46,694 bases of DNA from Candidatus Scatosoma sp. (GCA_045532525.1 JAZSGC010000085.1:1-46694); one strand, 5' to 3'. Shown: positions 9,023-17,574, counted from the stretch's first letter. The notes: generated by a model not told the origin, from the letters alone. Translations and numbers: made by a program.

Positions 9023-10267
9023 ATGGCAAATAAAAATCAGCATTGTTCTTTTTGCGGAAAACCCAAAGAAGAAACCCGCCGCTTAATTACTGGCCCTGAC
9101 GGGACTTGTATTTGCGACGAGTGTGTGGATATCTGCAAATCTATGATAGACGAATGGTCGGAAGATAAGGAAAAGAAGAACAGCAAGGTTCCTTTAAAAA
9201 AGCCCGCGGAAATTAAGGCGGAGCTTGATAACTATATCGTCGGTCAGGATAAGGCGAAGCGCGTGCTTTCGGTTGCCGTTTACAACCATTATAAGCGTAT
9301 CAACGCTACCGTCGGCAAAAAGAAAAAGGACGACGACGGCGTGGAAATCGAAAAGAGCAACGTGCTTTTACTTGGGCCTACGGGCAGCGGCAAAACCCTG
9401 CTTGCTCGTACGCTGGCAAAAATTTTAAACGTACCTTTCGCCACTTCGGACGCGACCACGCTCACCGAAGCGGGCTACGTTGGGGAAGACGTTGAAAATA
9501 TTTTGTTGAAGCTTATCCAAAACGCCGATTACGACATCGAACGCGCACAACGCGGTATTATCTATATCGACGAAATCGATAAAATTGCAAGAAAGAGCGA
9601 AAACGTCTCTATCACGCGCGACGTATCGGGCGAAGGCGTACAACAAGCGCTTTTGAAAATTATCGAAAGCACGACGGCAAGCGTACCCCCGCAGGGTGGC
9701 AGAAAGCACCCTAATCAAGAGCTTTTGCGCATTGACACCACGAATATTTTGTTTATTTGCGGCGGTGCGTACGTGGGGCTTGACCGAATCGTTTCTTCGC
9801 GTAAGGACGATACGACGCTCGGCTTCGGCGGCAAGGTTCGCCTTGGCGCAAACGAAGCGGATTACTCCGTCTTAGACGACGTTAAACCGCAGGATTTAAC
9901 GAAATTTGGGCTTATCCCCGAATTTGTCGGTAGACTTCCTATCGTAGTAAATCTTGACCCGCTTGGCGAAGACGCGTTAGTGAAAATTTTAACCGAACCC
10001 AAAAACGCAATTATCAAGCAATATCAAAAGCTTGTCGGCTTCGACGGCGTAAAGCTGACGGTGGAAGACGACGCGGTGCGTGAAATTGCGCAAACAGCAA
10101 TTCGTTTAAAGACGGGCGCGCGCGGACTTCGTACAATTATCGAAAACGTAATGACGGACGTTATGTATAAAATCCCTTCCGAAGAAAACGTAGAAGAAGT
10201 TGTCATCACTAAGGAATGTTTAACGGACGGCGCAACGCCTAAGCTTGTCTATAAGCAATCCGCTTAA
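9023..10267 (+). CDS. clpX: ATP-dependent Clp protease ATP-binding subunit ClpX
   Basis: N-terminal C4 zinc finger 'CSFCGK...CDEC', Walker A 'GPTGSGKT' and 'IYIDEIDK'. I moved the start from the track ORF (8951) to ATG 9023, which has SD 'tggag'. Confidence 0.95.
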   Translation: MANKNQHCSFCGKPKEETRRLITGPDGTCICDECVDICKSMIDEWSEDKEKKNSKVPLKKPAEIKAELDNYIVGQDKAKRVLSVAVYNHYKRINATVGKKKKDDDGVEIEKSNVLLLGPTGSGKTLLARTLAKILNVPFATSDATTLTEAGYVGEDVENILLKLIQNADYDIERAQRGIIYIDEIDKIARKSENVSITRDVSGEGVQQALLKIIESTTASVPPQGGRKHPNQELLRIDTTNILFICGGAYVGLDRIVSSRKDDTTLGFGGKVRLGANEADYSVLDDVKPQDLTKFGLIPEFVGRLPIVVNLDPLGEDALVKILTEPKNAIIKQYQKLVGFDGVKLTVEDDAVREIAQTAIRLKTGARGLRTIIENVMTDVMYKIPSEENVEEVVITKECLTDGATPKLVYKQSA

Positions 10268-10286
10268 ACGGCGATTATAAATAGAA

Positions 10287-10313
10287 AACGACCCTTAAAA
10301 AGGGTCGTTTTTA
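10287..10313 (+). terminator. Intrinsic terminator after clpX
   Basis: aacgaccct / agggtcgtt stem with loop taaaa, followed by a T-run. Confidence 0.85.
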
Positions 10314-10315
10314 AT

Positions 10316-10345
10316 TTCATCGCATACCTGGGTGGGGTGTTTTTG
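10316..10345 (+). repeat. Dispersed repeat copy b (after the clpX terminator)
   Basis: ttcatcgcatacctgggtggggtgtttttg. Confidence 0.8.
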
Positions 10346-10349
10346 TTTT

Positions 10350-11009
10350 TTAGCCCATTTTGGGTGATTCGTTTTCCGTTTCCGCCGTATTTTCCGTTAC
10401 TGCCGTCGGCACGTAAATCCACTGTTCAGGACCTGTATCGCGCATTAAAATTTTCTTGTCTTTATACTTAAAAAGCAATAAGCCCGTCATATATAAATCG
10501 CCAACGCAGCCGCCGACGTGCATACCGAATAAAAAGGCAAACAGCACGTAAAGTACGGGATTAAAGAAGTAGAATACTACCGCCAGCGCCGCAAACAGCA
10601 CACCGAACACAGCAAAGGGGGCAATCAACGCAAGGAACGCCGTTTTACGGTAGGTGTATACGTCGGGAACGCCACAAAAGGCACAGCTCCAACTCAGCCC
10701 GAATTTTAACTTTTGCTTGGTCATTGCTTTATATACGACGCCGTGTACCAGCTCGTGTAAAATCATATAAGCAACAATAGAAAGCATCAGCACGACGCAA
10801 AAAAGAGCCACCCACAAAAGCTGCGACGGGCTTGCGTCGCGGAATTCACTCAAATTAATGTCCGCCGTAAAAACCACCAAAATAATTACGCCGATCAAAG
10901 GAATAAAGGAAAGTAAATTCATCACCAAGCCCACCTTTTTCGAGCGCGCGTCAATGTGAAAGGCTTCCTTATAGTTTTGCGGCAACGCCGTTTCGTAATT
11001 CTTTTTCAT
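10350..11009 (-). CDS. DUF3267-like membrane protein (putative zincin, HExxH)
   Basis: 219-aa ORF with about 5 TM helices and a 'HELVHG' motif. Confidence 0.75.
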   Translation of the reverse strand: MKKNYETALPQNYKEAFHIDARSKKVGLVMNLLSFIPLIGVIILVVFTADINLSEFRDASPSQLLWVALFCVVLMLSIVAYMILHELVHGVVYKAMTKQKLKFGLSWSCAFCGVPDVYTYRKTAFLALIAPFAVFGVLFAALAVVFYFFNPVLYVLFAFLFGMHVGGCVGDLYMTGLLLFKYKDKKILMRDTGPEQWIYVPTAVTENTAETENESPKMG

Positions 11010-11071
11010 ACAACCACCTTTATTGCTGTTTTTATATATGTAGTACGTTAAATTTATACCTATTTACAAAA

Positions 11072-11101
11072 TGAAAAAAGCTCCGAGCAAATCGGAGCTT
11101 T
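11072..11101 (-). terminator. Intrinsic terminator of rplU-rpmA
   Basis: agctccga / tcggagct stem with loop gcaaa. The minus strand reads a U-run after the stem. Confidence 0.85.
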
Positions 11102-11105
11102 TCGT

Positions 11106-11381
11106 TTACGCGTTGGGATAAACGCTTGCTTTTTTCTTGTCTTTGCCCATTCTTTCATACCGAACGATACCATCAACAAGCGCGAAGAGCGTATCGTCTT
11201 TACCGATAGCTACGTTCGTGCCGGGATGGATTTTCGTGCCTCTTTGACGAACGAGAATGTTACCAGCGAGAACTGCCTGGCCATCGCTGCGCTTCACGCC
11301 AAGTCTTTTCGCTTCGCTATCTCTACCGTTGTGAGAGGAACCGGTACCTTTTTTATGAGCGAATAAACTGATAAAAATCAT
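11106..11381 (-). CDS. rpmA: 50S ribosomal protein L27 with N-terminal propeptide
   Basis: 91-aa ORF with '[22 protein letters not shown]' and SD 'aaggag'. Seven extra N-terminal residues, 'MIFISLF', precede 'AHKKG'. Confidence 0.96.
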   Translation of the reverse strand: MIFISLFAHKKGTGSSHNGRDSEAKRLGVKRSDGQAVLAGNILVRQRGTKIHPGTNVAIGKDDTLFALVDGIVRYERMGKDKKKASVYPNA

Positions 11382-11443
11382 TTTTATTTCTCCTTAAAAT
11401 TCAAATTTCTTCCGCTTTCCGTTAGGAAAGACTTGCGTTGCAA

Positions 11444-11749
11444 TTAGAGTTCAATTTTTTCAACTTTAACTGCGGTGAAGGGCTGTCTGTGACCCTGCTT
11501 CTTACGTTCGTTCTTCTTAGCCTTGTACTTGAAGACGATGATTTTCTTCGCCTTGTCCTGCTTAACGACCGTAGCGGTAACCTTTGCGGATTCAACTTCC
11601 GCGCCCGTCTTAATACCGTTTTCGTCGGCAACCATCAGCACTTTGAAAGATACGGTTTCGCCTTCCGCAGCCGCGAGCTTTTCCACTCTAACTACGTCGC
11701 CTTCCGCAACCTTGTACTGCTTGTTCCCATTATCGATGATAGCGTACAT
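11444..11749 (-). CDS. rplU: 50S ribosomal protein L21
   Basis: '[20 protein letters not shown]...'. I trimmed the start to ATG 11749, which is preceded by SD 'ggagg'. Confidence 0.95.
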   Translation of the reverse strand: MYAIIDNGNKQYKVAEGDVVRVEKLAAAEGETVSFKVLMVADENGIKTGAEVESAKVTATVVKQDKAKKIIVFKYKAKKNERKKQGHRQPFTAVKVEKIEL

Positions 11750-11894
11750 AAAAAGTTTTACCTCCTCTTTCCAGTCTCGAAGAATATCCAAGGCGCAGCA
11801 CATTTTTTACTTTCGGCAAAAAAATTGCTGACTTAAAAAGCCCGTTTCTATCGGCTCGACTATCAATATACCACATTCTTTCTTTATCCGTCAA
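11750..11894 (-). promoter_or_regulatory. rplU promoter plus ~110-nt leader with a terminator-like hairpin (possible L21-leader-type attenuator)
   Basis: On the minus strand: TTGACG (11889-11894), an 18-nt spacer, then TGgTATATT (-10 at 11865-11870). The leader contains gagccgatagaaacgggcttttt (about 11836-11858). I did not check this against a covariance model. Confidence 0.45.
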
Positions 11895-12002
11895 GCATTT
11901 TTGCTTGTTTTTTGATATTTTTTCGATAAAAAACGGATTTTTCACGCGCGCGTATATACAATAGAAAAAAGCCGCATACTGTTAAAAAGGAGACGAGAGA
12001 TT

Positions 12003-12449
12003 ATGGAAAATAGAGATATCAAACAAACGGAAGAAGCGCTTGCGGAAATTTATCGCAACGCACAGCTTGCCCTGCAATCCATTTCCGATATTTTACCCGA
12101 AACGGAAGACGGGGAGCTTCGTGCGGAGCTTACCGCCGAACACGAAGCCTACGAGCATTTCTCCGCAAAGGCACAAATGCTGGCAAAGGATAAGGGTTTG
12201 GAGTTAAAAGAGCCAAACCCGATGAAAAAAGCAATGATGTGGGGGTCTATCAAAATGAGTACGCTTGCCGATAATTCCCGTTCGCACATCGCGGATATGA
12301 TGGTACAAGGCACGGTAATGGGGATCACCGCGCTGCGTACGACGGCAAACGATTTATCCGACCGCGGCGACGAAAGCGTAAAAACTTTGCTTAAAGAAAT
12401 GATTGAAAGGGAAGAAGAATTTGAAAAGAAATGGAAATCCTTTTTATAA
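12003..12449 (+). CDS. Hypothetical helical acidic protein
   Basis: 148-aa ORF with SD 'aaggag'. No TM segment. I recognise no family. Confidence 0.7.
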   Translation: MENRDIKQTEEALAEIYRNAQLALQSISDILPETEDGELRAELTAEHEAYEHFSAKAQMLAKDKGLELKEPNPMKKAMMWGSIKMSTLADNSRSHIADMMVQGTVMGITALRTTANDLSDRGDESVKTLLKEMIEREEEFEKKWKSFL

Positions 12450-12487
12450 AAGTAATTGATTAAAACGGCTCTTATTTTTACCGTTTG

Positions 12488-12520
12488 AAAGCGCGGCTTT
12501 TTCGCCGCGCTTTTCCTTTG
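12488..12520 (+). terminator. Intrinsic terminator
   Basis: aaagcgcggc / gccgcgcttt stem with loop tttttc, followed by a T-rich tail. Confidence 0.85.
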
Positions 12521-12567
12521 CTTTATTCTCGACAATTTTCGCATTATTATCTTATTAAAATATAAAA

Positions 12568-12595
12568 TTCAACGCATACCTGCCCTACGTTTTTA
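12568..12595 (+). repeat. Dispersed repeat copy c1
   Basis: ttcaacgcatacctgccctacgttttta. Confidence 0.85.
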
Positions 12596-12598
12596 ATT

Positions 12599-12627
12599 TT
12601 CAACGCATACCTGCCTGCCACATTTTG
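12599..12627 (+). repeat. Dispersed repeat copy c2 (tandem to c1, 31-nt offset)
   Basis: ttcaacgcatacctgcctgccacattttg. Confidence 0.85.
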
Positions 12628-12666
12628 TTGTTCTATGAAAATGTAGTGAAAAATAGCCTTTCCCCC

Positions 12667-12703
12667 TTTACTTTTTTAAAAATTTATGTTATACTATAAC
12701 ATA
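12667..12703 (+). promoter_or_regulatory. holB promoter with the -10 inside a perfect 19-bp palindrome
   Basis: TTTACT (12667-12672), a 17-nt spacer, then TATACT (12690-12695). The palindrome TATGTTATA-C-TATAACATA spans 12685-12703. Confidence 0.55.
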
Positions 12704-12754
12704 GTTAATTGTTTTTAAGGGAATTTGAAGGTAAAAACGCAAAAAGGGGACGTT

Positions 12755-13723
12755 ATGCAGGCTCTTTTACAAGAAACGCAAGCCTATAAAATCGTGCAAA
12801 ATGAAAAACGGGAAAACCGTCTTTCACACGCCTATTTACTGCTGATGGACGACGGCAAAAATTTGCGTTCCGTGTTAAAAACCTTTGCCAAGCTCCTACT
12901 CGTTGGCGACGCACAGGACGAAGAAGCCCAGCGTATTTCTAAGCTTGTAGAAACGGAAAGCTTTTCCGATTGTCTGTTTTTCCCTACCGACGGTAAAAAA
13001 CTCACCGTTGAAGACGCCAACGCTATTCACGAAGAATGTACGTTAAGCCCTGTGGAGGGAGAGAAAAAGCTGTTCGTTTTAGGCGACTTTGCCGAAGCCA
13101 ACACCCAAACTCAAAACAAGCTGTTAAAGCTGCTGGAAGAACCGCCCAAGCACGTGCTTTTTTTACTGGGCGCAACCTCGGCTTTCCCCGTTTTAACTAC
13201 CGTTCTTTCCCGTACCAAAAAGCTGGAAATCCCCGCCTTTGATATACAAAAGGTAACGGAATGTCTTGCCCGCATTTACGGAAATAAATACGACGAAGAA
13301 ACGCTGCGTTTTTGTGCGGCGGCTTCGGAAGGCAACGTGGGCAACGCCCAAAATCTTTTGGAGGGCGGCCATTACAAAATGCTGACGGACAACGCGTTTT
13401 CGCTGCTGCTTTCCCCCCTTTACAAGCTCCCAACCGCGGTGAAAGCGATAGCCGAAACGAAATACCAAAGGGAACTGCTTTCTACCCTGCGCCTTATTTT
13501 TCGCGACGCGTTGCTTTTAAAATCGCAACCAAACGCCGAAAAATTTCTTTTGCTTCGTTCCGAAAAAGAAAAATTGCAGGAAGTGGCTACCGTGTACGCG
13601 TTGAACGCGCTCTTGTATGCGCAAAACGCGCTTTCGGACGCGGAAAAACAAGTTAAATTCAACGCAGTATTCCCGCAATGCATTGAAATTTGCATTGCAA
13701 AAATTCGTAAAGAAAATAAGTAA
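12755..13723 (+). CDS. holB: DNA polymerase III subunit delta'
   Basis: 'SHAYLL' and 'NKLLKLLEEPP' clamp-loader motifs. I chose the start at ATG 12755 (SD 'aagggga') rather than TTG 12725. Confidence 0.88.
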   Translation: MQALLQETQAYKIVQNEKRENRLSHAYLLLMDDGKNLRSVLKTFAKLLLVGDAQDEEAQRISKLVETESFSDCLFFPTDGKKLTVEDANAIHEECTLSPVEGEKKLFVLGDFAEANTQTQNKLLKLLEEPPKHVLFLLGATSAFPVLTTVLSRTKKLEIPAFDIQKVTECLARIYGNKYDEETLRFCAAASEGNVGNAQNLLEGGHYKMLTDNAFSLLLSPLYKLPTAVKAIAETKYQRELLSTLRLIFRDALLLKSQPNAEKFLLLRSEKEKLQEVATVYALNALLYAQNALSDAEKQVKFNAVFPQCIEICIAKIRKENK

Positions 13724-13763
13724 AACACTCGCGTAAAATCACGCGAAAACGCTAAGGAAGATT

Positions 13764-14630
13764 ATGATTAAAGTTGTAGGAATTAAATTTAAAACAGGCG
13801 GAAAGCTGTACTATTTTTCGCCTAAACAAGGAGATAAATACGAACGGAATATGCCCGTCGTGGTAGAAACTTCTCGCGGACTTGAATTCGCTTGGGTTGC
13901 CTACCCCGAAAAGCTTGTTCCCGACGACGAAGTCGTTCAGCCCTTAAAGCCTATCATTCGTATCGCAACGGAAAAGGACAAAGAATTTTACGAGGCTTGC
14001 GAAGCAAAACGTCCGCAAGCAATGCAGCTTTGCAAGGAAAAAATTGCGGCAAGGGAGTTGGATATGAAGCTGGTGGACTGCGAATACGCTTTCGACGGCA
14101 GCAAAATCGTGTTCTATTTCACTTCGGCAAATCGCGTGGACTTCCGCGAACTGGTCAAGGACCTTGCTTCCGCTTTTCACACCCGTATCGAGCTTCGCCA
14201 GGTCGGCACGCGCGACGAAGCCAAATATCTGGGCGGCATCGCGCCTTGCGGCAGAATTTGTTGCTGCGCAGGGAATATGCCCGAATTTAAAAAGGTTAGC
14301 GTGAAAATGGCAAAAACGCAAGGCTTATCGTTAAATCCCGGAAAAATCAGCGGTCTTTGCGGCAGATTGATGTGCTGTTTAAGCTACGAAAACGATTACT
14401 ATGCCGAAGCGTCGCTGAAAATGCCAAAAATCGGCTCGGAGGTCGGCACCCCCGAAGGTAAAGCCACCGTCGCTTCCGTCAATATGCTGAAAATGCAGGT
14501 CAAAGTAAAAATCGACGATAAAAACGGCGGGCTTATCTTTAAGGATTATCCCGTAGACGAGCTTCGTTTTAAGAGAAAAAATCAACCTGAACCCAAAGAA
14601 GAAAACGACGATGAAGACGAACTCGATTAA
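13764..14630 (+). CDS. ricT: PSP1-domain protein RicT/YaaT
   Basis: 288-aa ORF with a PSP1 C-terminal domain and a Cys cluster 'CGRICCC...CGRLMCC'. holB-yaaT adjacency matches Bacillus. Confidence 0.9.
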   Translation: MIKVVGIKFKTGGKLYYFSPKQGDKYERNMPVVVETSRGLEFAWVAYPEKLVPDDEVVQPLKPIIRIATEKDKEFYEACEAKRPQAMQLCKEKIAARELDMKLVDCEYAFDGSKIVFYFTSANRVDFRELVKDLASAFHTRIELRQVGTRDEAKYLGGIAPCGRICCCAGNMPEFKKVSVKMAKTQGLSLNPGKISGLCGRLMCCLSYENDYYAEASLKMPKIGSEVGTPEGKATVASVNMLKMQVKVKIDDKNGGLIFKDYPVDELRFKRKNQPEPKEENDDEDELD

Positions 14631-14678
14631 CGCCGTTTTTTGAAAAAAATAAGAAAACTTTCAAAGGAGATTTTGTTT

Positions 14679-15782
14679 ATGGAATCTACTACGGAAAATA
14701 CTCCCGTTGCAGCAACGCCTGTAACTCCCGCTCAGCCTGTTCAACCCACAACGCCGGTAGCTCCTGCGCAACCCGCAACGCCGATAGCTTCTGCGCAACC
14801 TGCACAACCCGCAACGCCGATAGCTCCTGCGCAACCTACGCAACCCGCAACGCCGGTAGCTCCTGCTCAGCCTGCGCAACCTGCGCCCGTGGCAGCACAA
14901 GCACCTACGGCTACGCCTGCACCTGTGACGGTAACGGAATCCGCTCCGCAAGAAGAATCCGCGGAAGGGGAAGAGGAAGCGCCCCCGAAAATTATTTTAA
15001 ACACGCAACGAATTTTAGACGACTGGAAAGACGAAAAAGGCAAAGTACTTGTTTTCTTTATGAATCTTATTAATGTCTTTGCTATTTTAGGCTCTATCGG
15101 TTTGTTCTTTACGGGTTTCCTGTTCTTAATCGGTATTTCCACCGCCATCGGATTTTTGGAGAGAATCCGTGCGATCCCGAATATCGAAACAATTTCTATC
15201 GTATTGCTGATTGCGGCTACCTGCGTGGCGATTTGGTGCGATTTCGTACATAAACTCACCCCTTACTTTAAGGCGTTTAGTATTGCAAAATGGTTAAAGG
15301 ACAACAGTATCGACCCCAAAGAAGTAATGAAAATTTACTTACAAACCAAGCGGGAAAACGAGCTGACGAAATATCAGCACGGAAAGGGCGGTATCCGCGT
15401 AGAACAATCGGATTTATCCCAAGCGGCTTTTATCCTTTTAAACGACGAGCATAAATCCATCTACAAAAAAGAGCTTGTATGGACGCTTTTGTTCTGGGTA
15501 TTTCTCTCGGCAATCAAAGTACTTTTCGTGTACTGTTTAAACGAAATCGTCAGCGGTGTTTGCTTACAAATCGCTTCAATGACGAAAGGAAAATTCGATT
15601 TTCTCAGTCTTCTTACCCTTTTGCGCGATCCCTTGTTCCTTGGTTCTATCGGCGGTTGGATTGTACTTGGTATCACGCAAGCCATCGTCCGTGCTTCCAT
15701 TGCGCACGTGAGAAACAAAAATCAGCAAAAGTGGGTAAAAGCGTTTATGAAGGACGATATGCCGTCTAAGGAATATTATTAA
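14679..15782 (+). CDS. Hypothetical membrane protein with an N-terminal Pro/Ala/Gln repeat region
   Basis: Start at ATG 14679 with SD 'aaggag'. About 95 aa of (A/T)TP(V/I)APAQPAQP repeats, then an acidic linker, then at least 5 TM helices. Confidence 0.75.
   Translation: MESTTENTPVAATPVTPAQPVQPTTPVAPAQPATPIASAQPAQPATPIAPAQPTQPATPVAPAQPAQPAPVAAQAPTATPAPVTVTESAPQEESAEGEEEAPPKIILNTQRILDDWKDEKGKVLVFFMNLINVFAILGSIGLFFTGFLFLIGISTAIGFLERIRAIPNIETISIVLLIAATCVAIWCDFVHKLTPYFKAFSIAKWLKDNSIDPKEVMKIYLQTKRENELTKYQHGKGGIRVEQSDLSQAAFILLNDEHKSIYKKELVWTLLFWVFLSAIKVLFVYCLNEIVSGVCLQIASMTKGKFDFLSLLTLLRDPLFLGSIGGWIVLGITQAIVRASIAHVRNKNQQKWVKAFMKDDMPSKEYY
14748..14882 (+). repeat. In-frame tandem repeat (36-nt unit x3 plus a degenerate 27-nt unit)
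   Basis: Units start at 14775, 14811 and 14847 (gcaacgccgRtagctYctgc...). They encode ATP(I/V)A(P/S)AQP(A/T)QP. Confidence 0.85.
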
Positions 15783-15813
15783 AACAACCTACCCGTGTAC
15801 GGGTTGAAATGTA

Positions 15814-15850
15814 AAAACTCCGCATTTTTCAGCGGAGTTTTTTATTTTTT
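15814..15850. terminator. Bidirectional intrinsic terminator (membrane protein / rsmG)
   Basis: aaaactccgc / gcggagtttt stem with an 8-nt loop and T-runs on both strands. Confidence 0.85.
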
Positions 15851-15882
15851 ATTGTAGGCTTTTAATCATAAAAAACCGCCTT

Positions 15883-16578
15883 TTACAGCGGATTTTTTCT
15901 TTCCTTTCCTTGTCCCCTGGGATATTTTGCAGGGGTGTTTTTGTTCTTTTCCACGATAGCGAGTACTCTTTCGCCATATTCTTCGGGCAACGTGTAGGCG
16001 TGGACGCCGACAAGCTTTCCGCCTAAAATTTTATACGCGGTTTGCGCTTCTTCAATTTCCGTTACGTCGCCGCTTTTATAAGCGATAAATTTACCGCCGA
16101 CTTTAACAAACGGCATACAGTATTCGCAAAGGGTATTCATTCTCGCCACGGCGCGCGCCGTCACAAAATCAAACTTTTCGCGAAGCTCCGCATTTTTTGC
16201 GCCGTCTTCCGCGCGGATATTGTGGATACGCACGTTGGATAATCCTAATTTATCCACAACGACTTTTAAAAACTCACACTTTTTCCCCACGCTTTCTAAT
16301 AAATCGAAAGATAAATCGCCGCGCAAAATCTTTAATACGATGGACGGAAACCCTGCCCCCGAACCGATTTCCGCAACCTTGGCGTTTTGCGTAAACAAAT
16401 CCATTCCCGCCGCGCTGTCTAAAAAATGCTTATAATACACGTCCTTTTCTTCCAAAATGGTAGTGAGATTATAACGCTGATTATACTCTAAAAGCAGAGC
16501 GCGAAAGGCGTCGAGCTTCTCTTTCTTCTCGCCTAATATCTCCGTTTGATAAATTTCGTTGATGTTCCGTATCTTCAT
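15883..16578 (-). CDS. rsmG: 16S rRNA (guanine527-N7)-methyltransferase RsmG
   Basis: SAM-binding motif 'GSGAGFPS'. I placed the start at ATG 16578 because a -10 element lies inside the longer track ORF. Confidence 0.9.
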   Translation of the reverse strand: MKIRNINEIYQTEILGEKKEKLDAFRALLLEYNQRYNLTTILEEKDVYYKHFLDSAAGMDLFTQNAKVAEIGSGAGFPSIVLKILRGDLSFDLLESVGKKCEFLKVVVDKLGLSNVRIHNIRAEDGAKNAELREKFDFVTARAVARMNTLCEYCMPFVKVGGKFIAYKSGDVTEIEEAQTAYKILGGKLVGVHAYTLPEEYGERVLAIVEKNKNTPAKYPRGQGKERKNPL

Positions 16579-16587
16579 AGCCTGCTT

Positions 16588-16616
16588 ATTATACCACACG
16601 CAAAAAAAAATAGCAA
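16588..16616 (-). promoter_or_regulatory. rsmG promoter giving a near-leaderless mRNA
   Basis: On the minus strand: TTGCTA (16611-16616), a 17-nt spacer, then TGgTATAAT (-10 at 16588-16593). Only 9 nt separate the -10 from ATG 16578, and there is no SD. Confidence 0.55.
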
Positions 16617-16645
16617 CCTATTTACGATAAAGTTTTCCACTCGAA

Positions 16646-16950
16646 AGTGGATAAGGTTGTCCACAATGTGTAAAACCCTGTTGATAAATGGGTATATAAA
16701 ATATTTTTTCACTTTTTTAGTTTTCCTATTTTCTGTTTTTTAGAAAGCGATAGAAAAATCTCTCAACAAATCCACAAATGCTCCACAAAAATATCCACCT
16801 AAAAAACAGGGGTTGTCCACGGCTTGCACCTTTCCGTTTTTTGCTTATATTTCCATACTTTTCCGTGTGTGAAAGGATGGGGTTGTCCACATTTCCACCC
16901 TGCCTACTACTATTACTTCTATTTTTATTTATTAAAATAAATTCTTCGTA
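16646..16950. promoter_or_regulatory. oriC-like module: DnaA boxes, GC spacer, DnaA-trio-like tract and AT-rich unwinding element
   Basis: Boxes AGTGGATAA 16646-54, TTGTCCACA 16657-65, TTGTCCACG 16813-21 and TTGTCCACA 16883-91, with ATTTCCACC 16891-99 abutting the last one. Next comes CCCTGCC, then CTA CTA CTA TTA CTT CTA (16904-16921), then a 23-nt pure A/T run (16921-16943). Confidence 0.7.
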
Positions 16951-17014
16951 TAAAAGCCAAATCGAATGAAGAAAAAAGTTTGAGGAAATTTGCAAAAAAA
17001 GTGGCAGTGTTGCC

Positions 17015-17042
17015 TTGACAAATTTTCCCTGTATGGTATAAT
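17015..17042 (+). promoter_or_regulatory. Promoter of the DUF1273 gene
   Basis: TTGACA (17015-17020), a 16-nt spacer, then TGgTATAAT (-10 at 17037-17042). Confidence 0.65.
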
Positions 17043-17072
17043 AAATTCGACCGTTTTTTTAAGGGAGCGACG

Positions 17073-17567
17073 ATGGAACAAATAGGGATTTTCACAACTG
17101 AATCCGTACCCCCGAAAAGCTGTGCTTTTACAGGGCATAGAACGCTTTACGAAGGGTTTTCGCCGCGGAAATTAAAGAAAGAAATCAAACGGCTGATTTT
17201 GCAGGGCGTTACTACCTTTTATAACGGTATGGCGATGGGGTTTGATTTGCTCGCCGCGGAAAAGACGTTGGAATTAAAAAAGAGATTTCCGCAAATTAAG
17301 CTGATACTTTGTATCCCCTGCTATCACCAAGAAAAAAACTTTTCCGCTGCGGACAAGCGCCGTTACGTAAAAATCTATCAAAAAGCGGATGAAAAGATAC
17401 TGCTTTCCGAAAGCTATTATCGGGGCTGTATGCAAGCGCGCAATCGGTATATGGCGGACCGCGCGGACGCGCTGATCGCCTACTGTATCAAAGACGAAGG
17501 CGGCGCAGCGTATACGGTGAAGTATTTTCAAAAACACCGCCCAGAAAAAGAAATAATTTTTCTTTAA
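17073..17567 (+). CDS. DUF1273 / YpsA-like SLOG-family protein
   Basis: 164-aa ORF with SD 'aagggag'. Carries 'FTGHR' and 'GMAMGFDLLAAE' motifs typical of the YpsA/DUF1273 family. Confidence 0.8.
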   Translation: MEQIGIFTTESVPPKSCAFTGHRTLYEGFSPRKLKKEIKRLILQGVTTFYNGMAMGFDLLAAEKTLELKKRFPQIKLILCIPCYHQEKNFSAADKRRYVKIYQKADEKILLSESYYRGCMQARNRYMADRADALIAYCIKDEGGAAYTVKYFQKHRPEKEIIFL

Positions 17568-17574
17568 CAAAGGG

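Noticed and set aside
12568-12627. Two tandem copies of the dispersed repeat, considered as a possible mini-CRISPR array.
   Set aside because: There are only two units, with a ~17-nt conserved core and a 31-nt period. There are no cas genes and no palindromic repeat structure. The same motif is scattered singly across the window.
16726-16995. Small ORFs inside the DnaA-box regions: 16546-16743, 16726-16995, 16778-16969 and 25553-25789.
   Set aside because: They have no SD and a low-complexity, AT-driven composition. They overlap each other and the DnaA-box and AT-rich elements, so the DNA is better explained as non-coding origin-type sequence.
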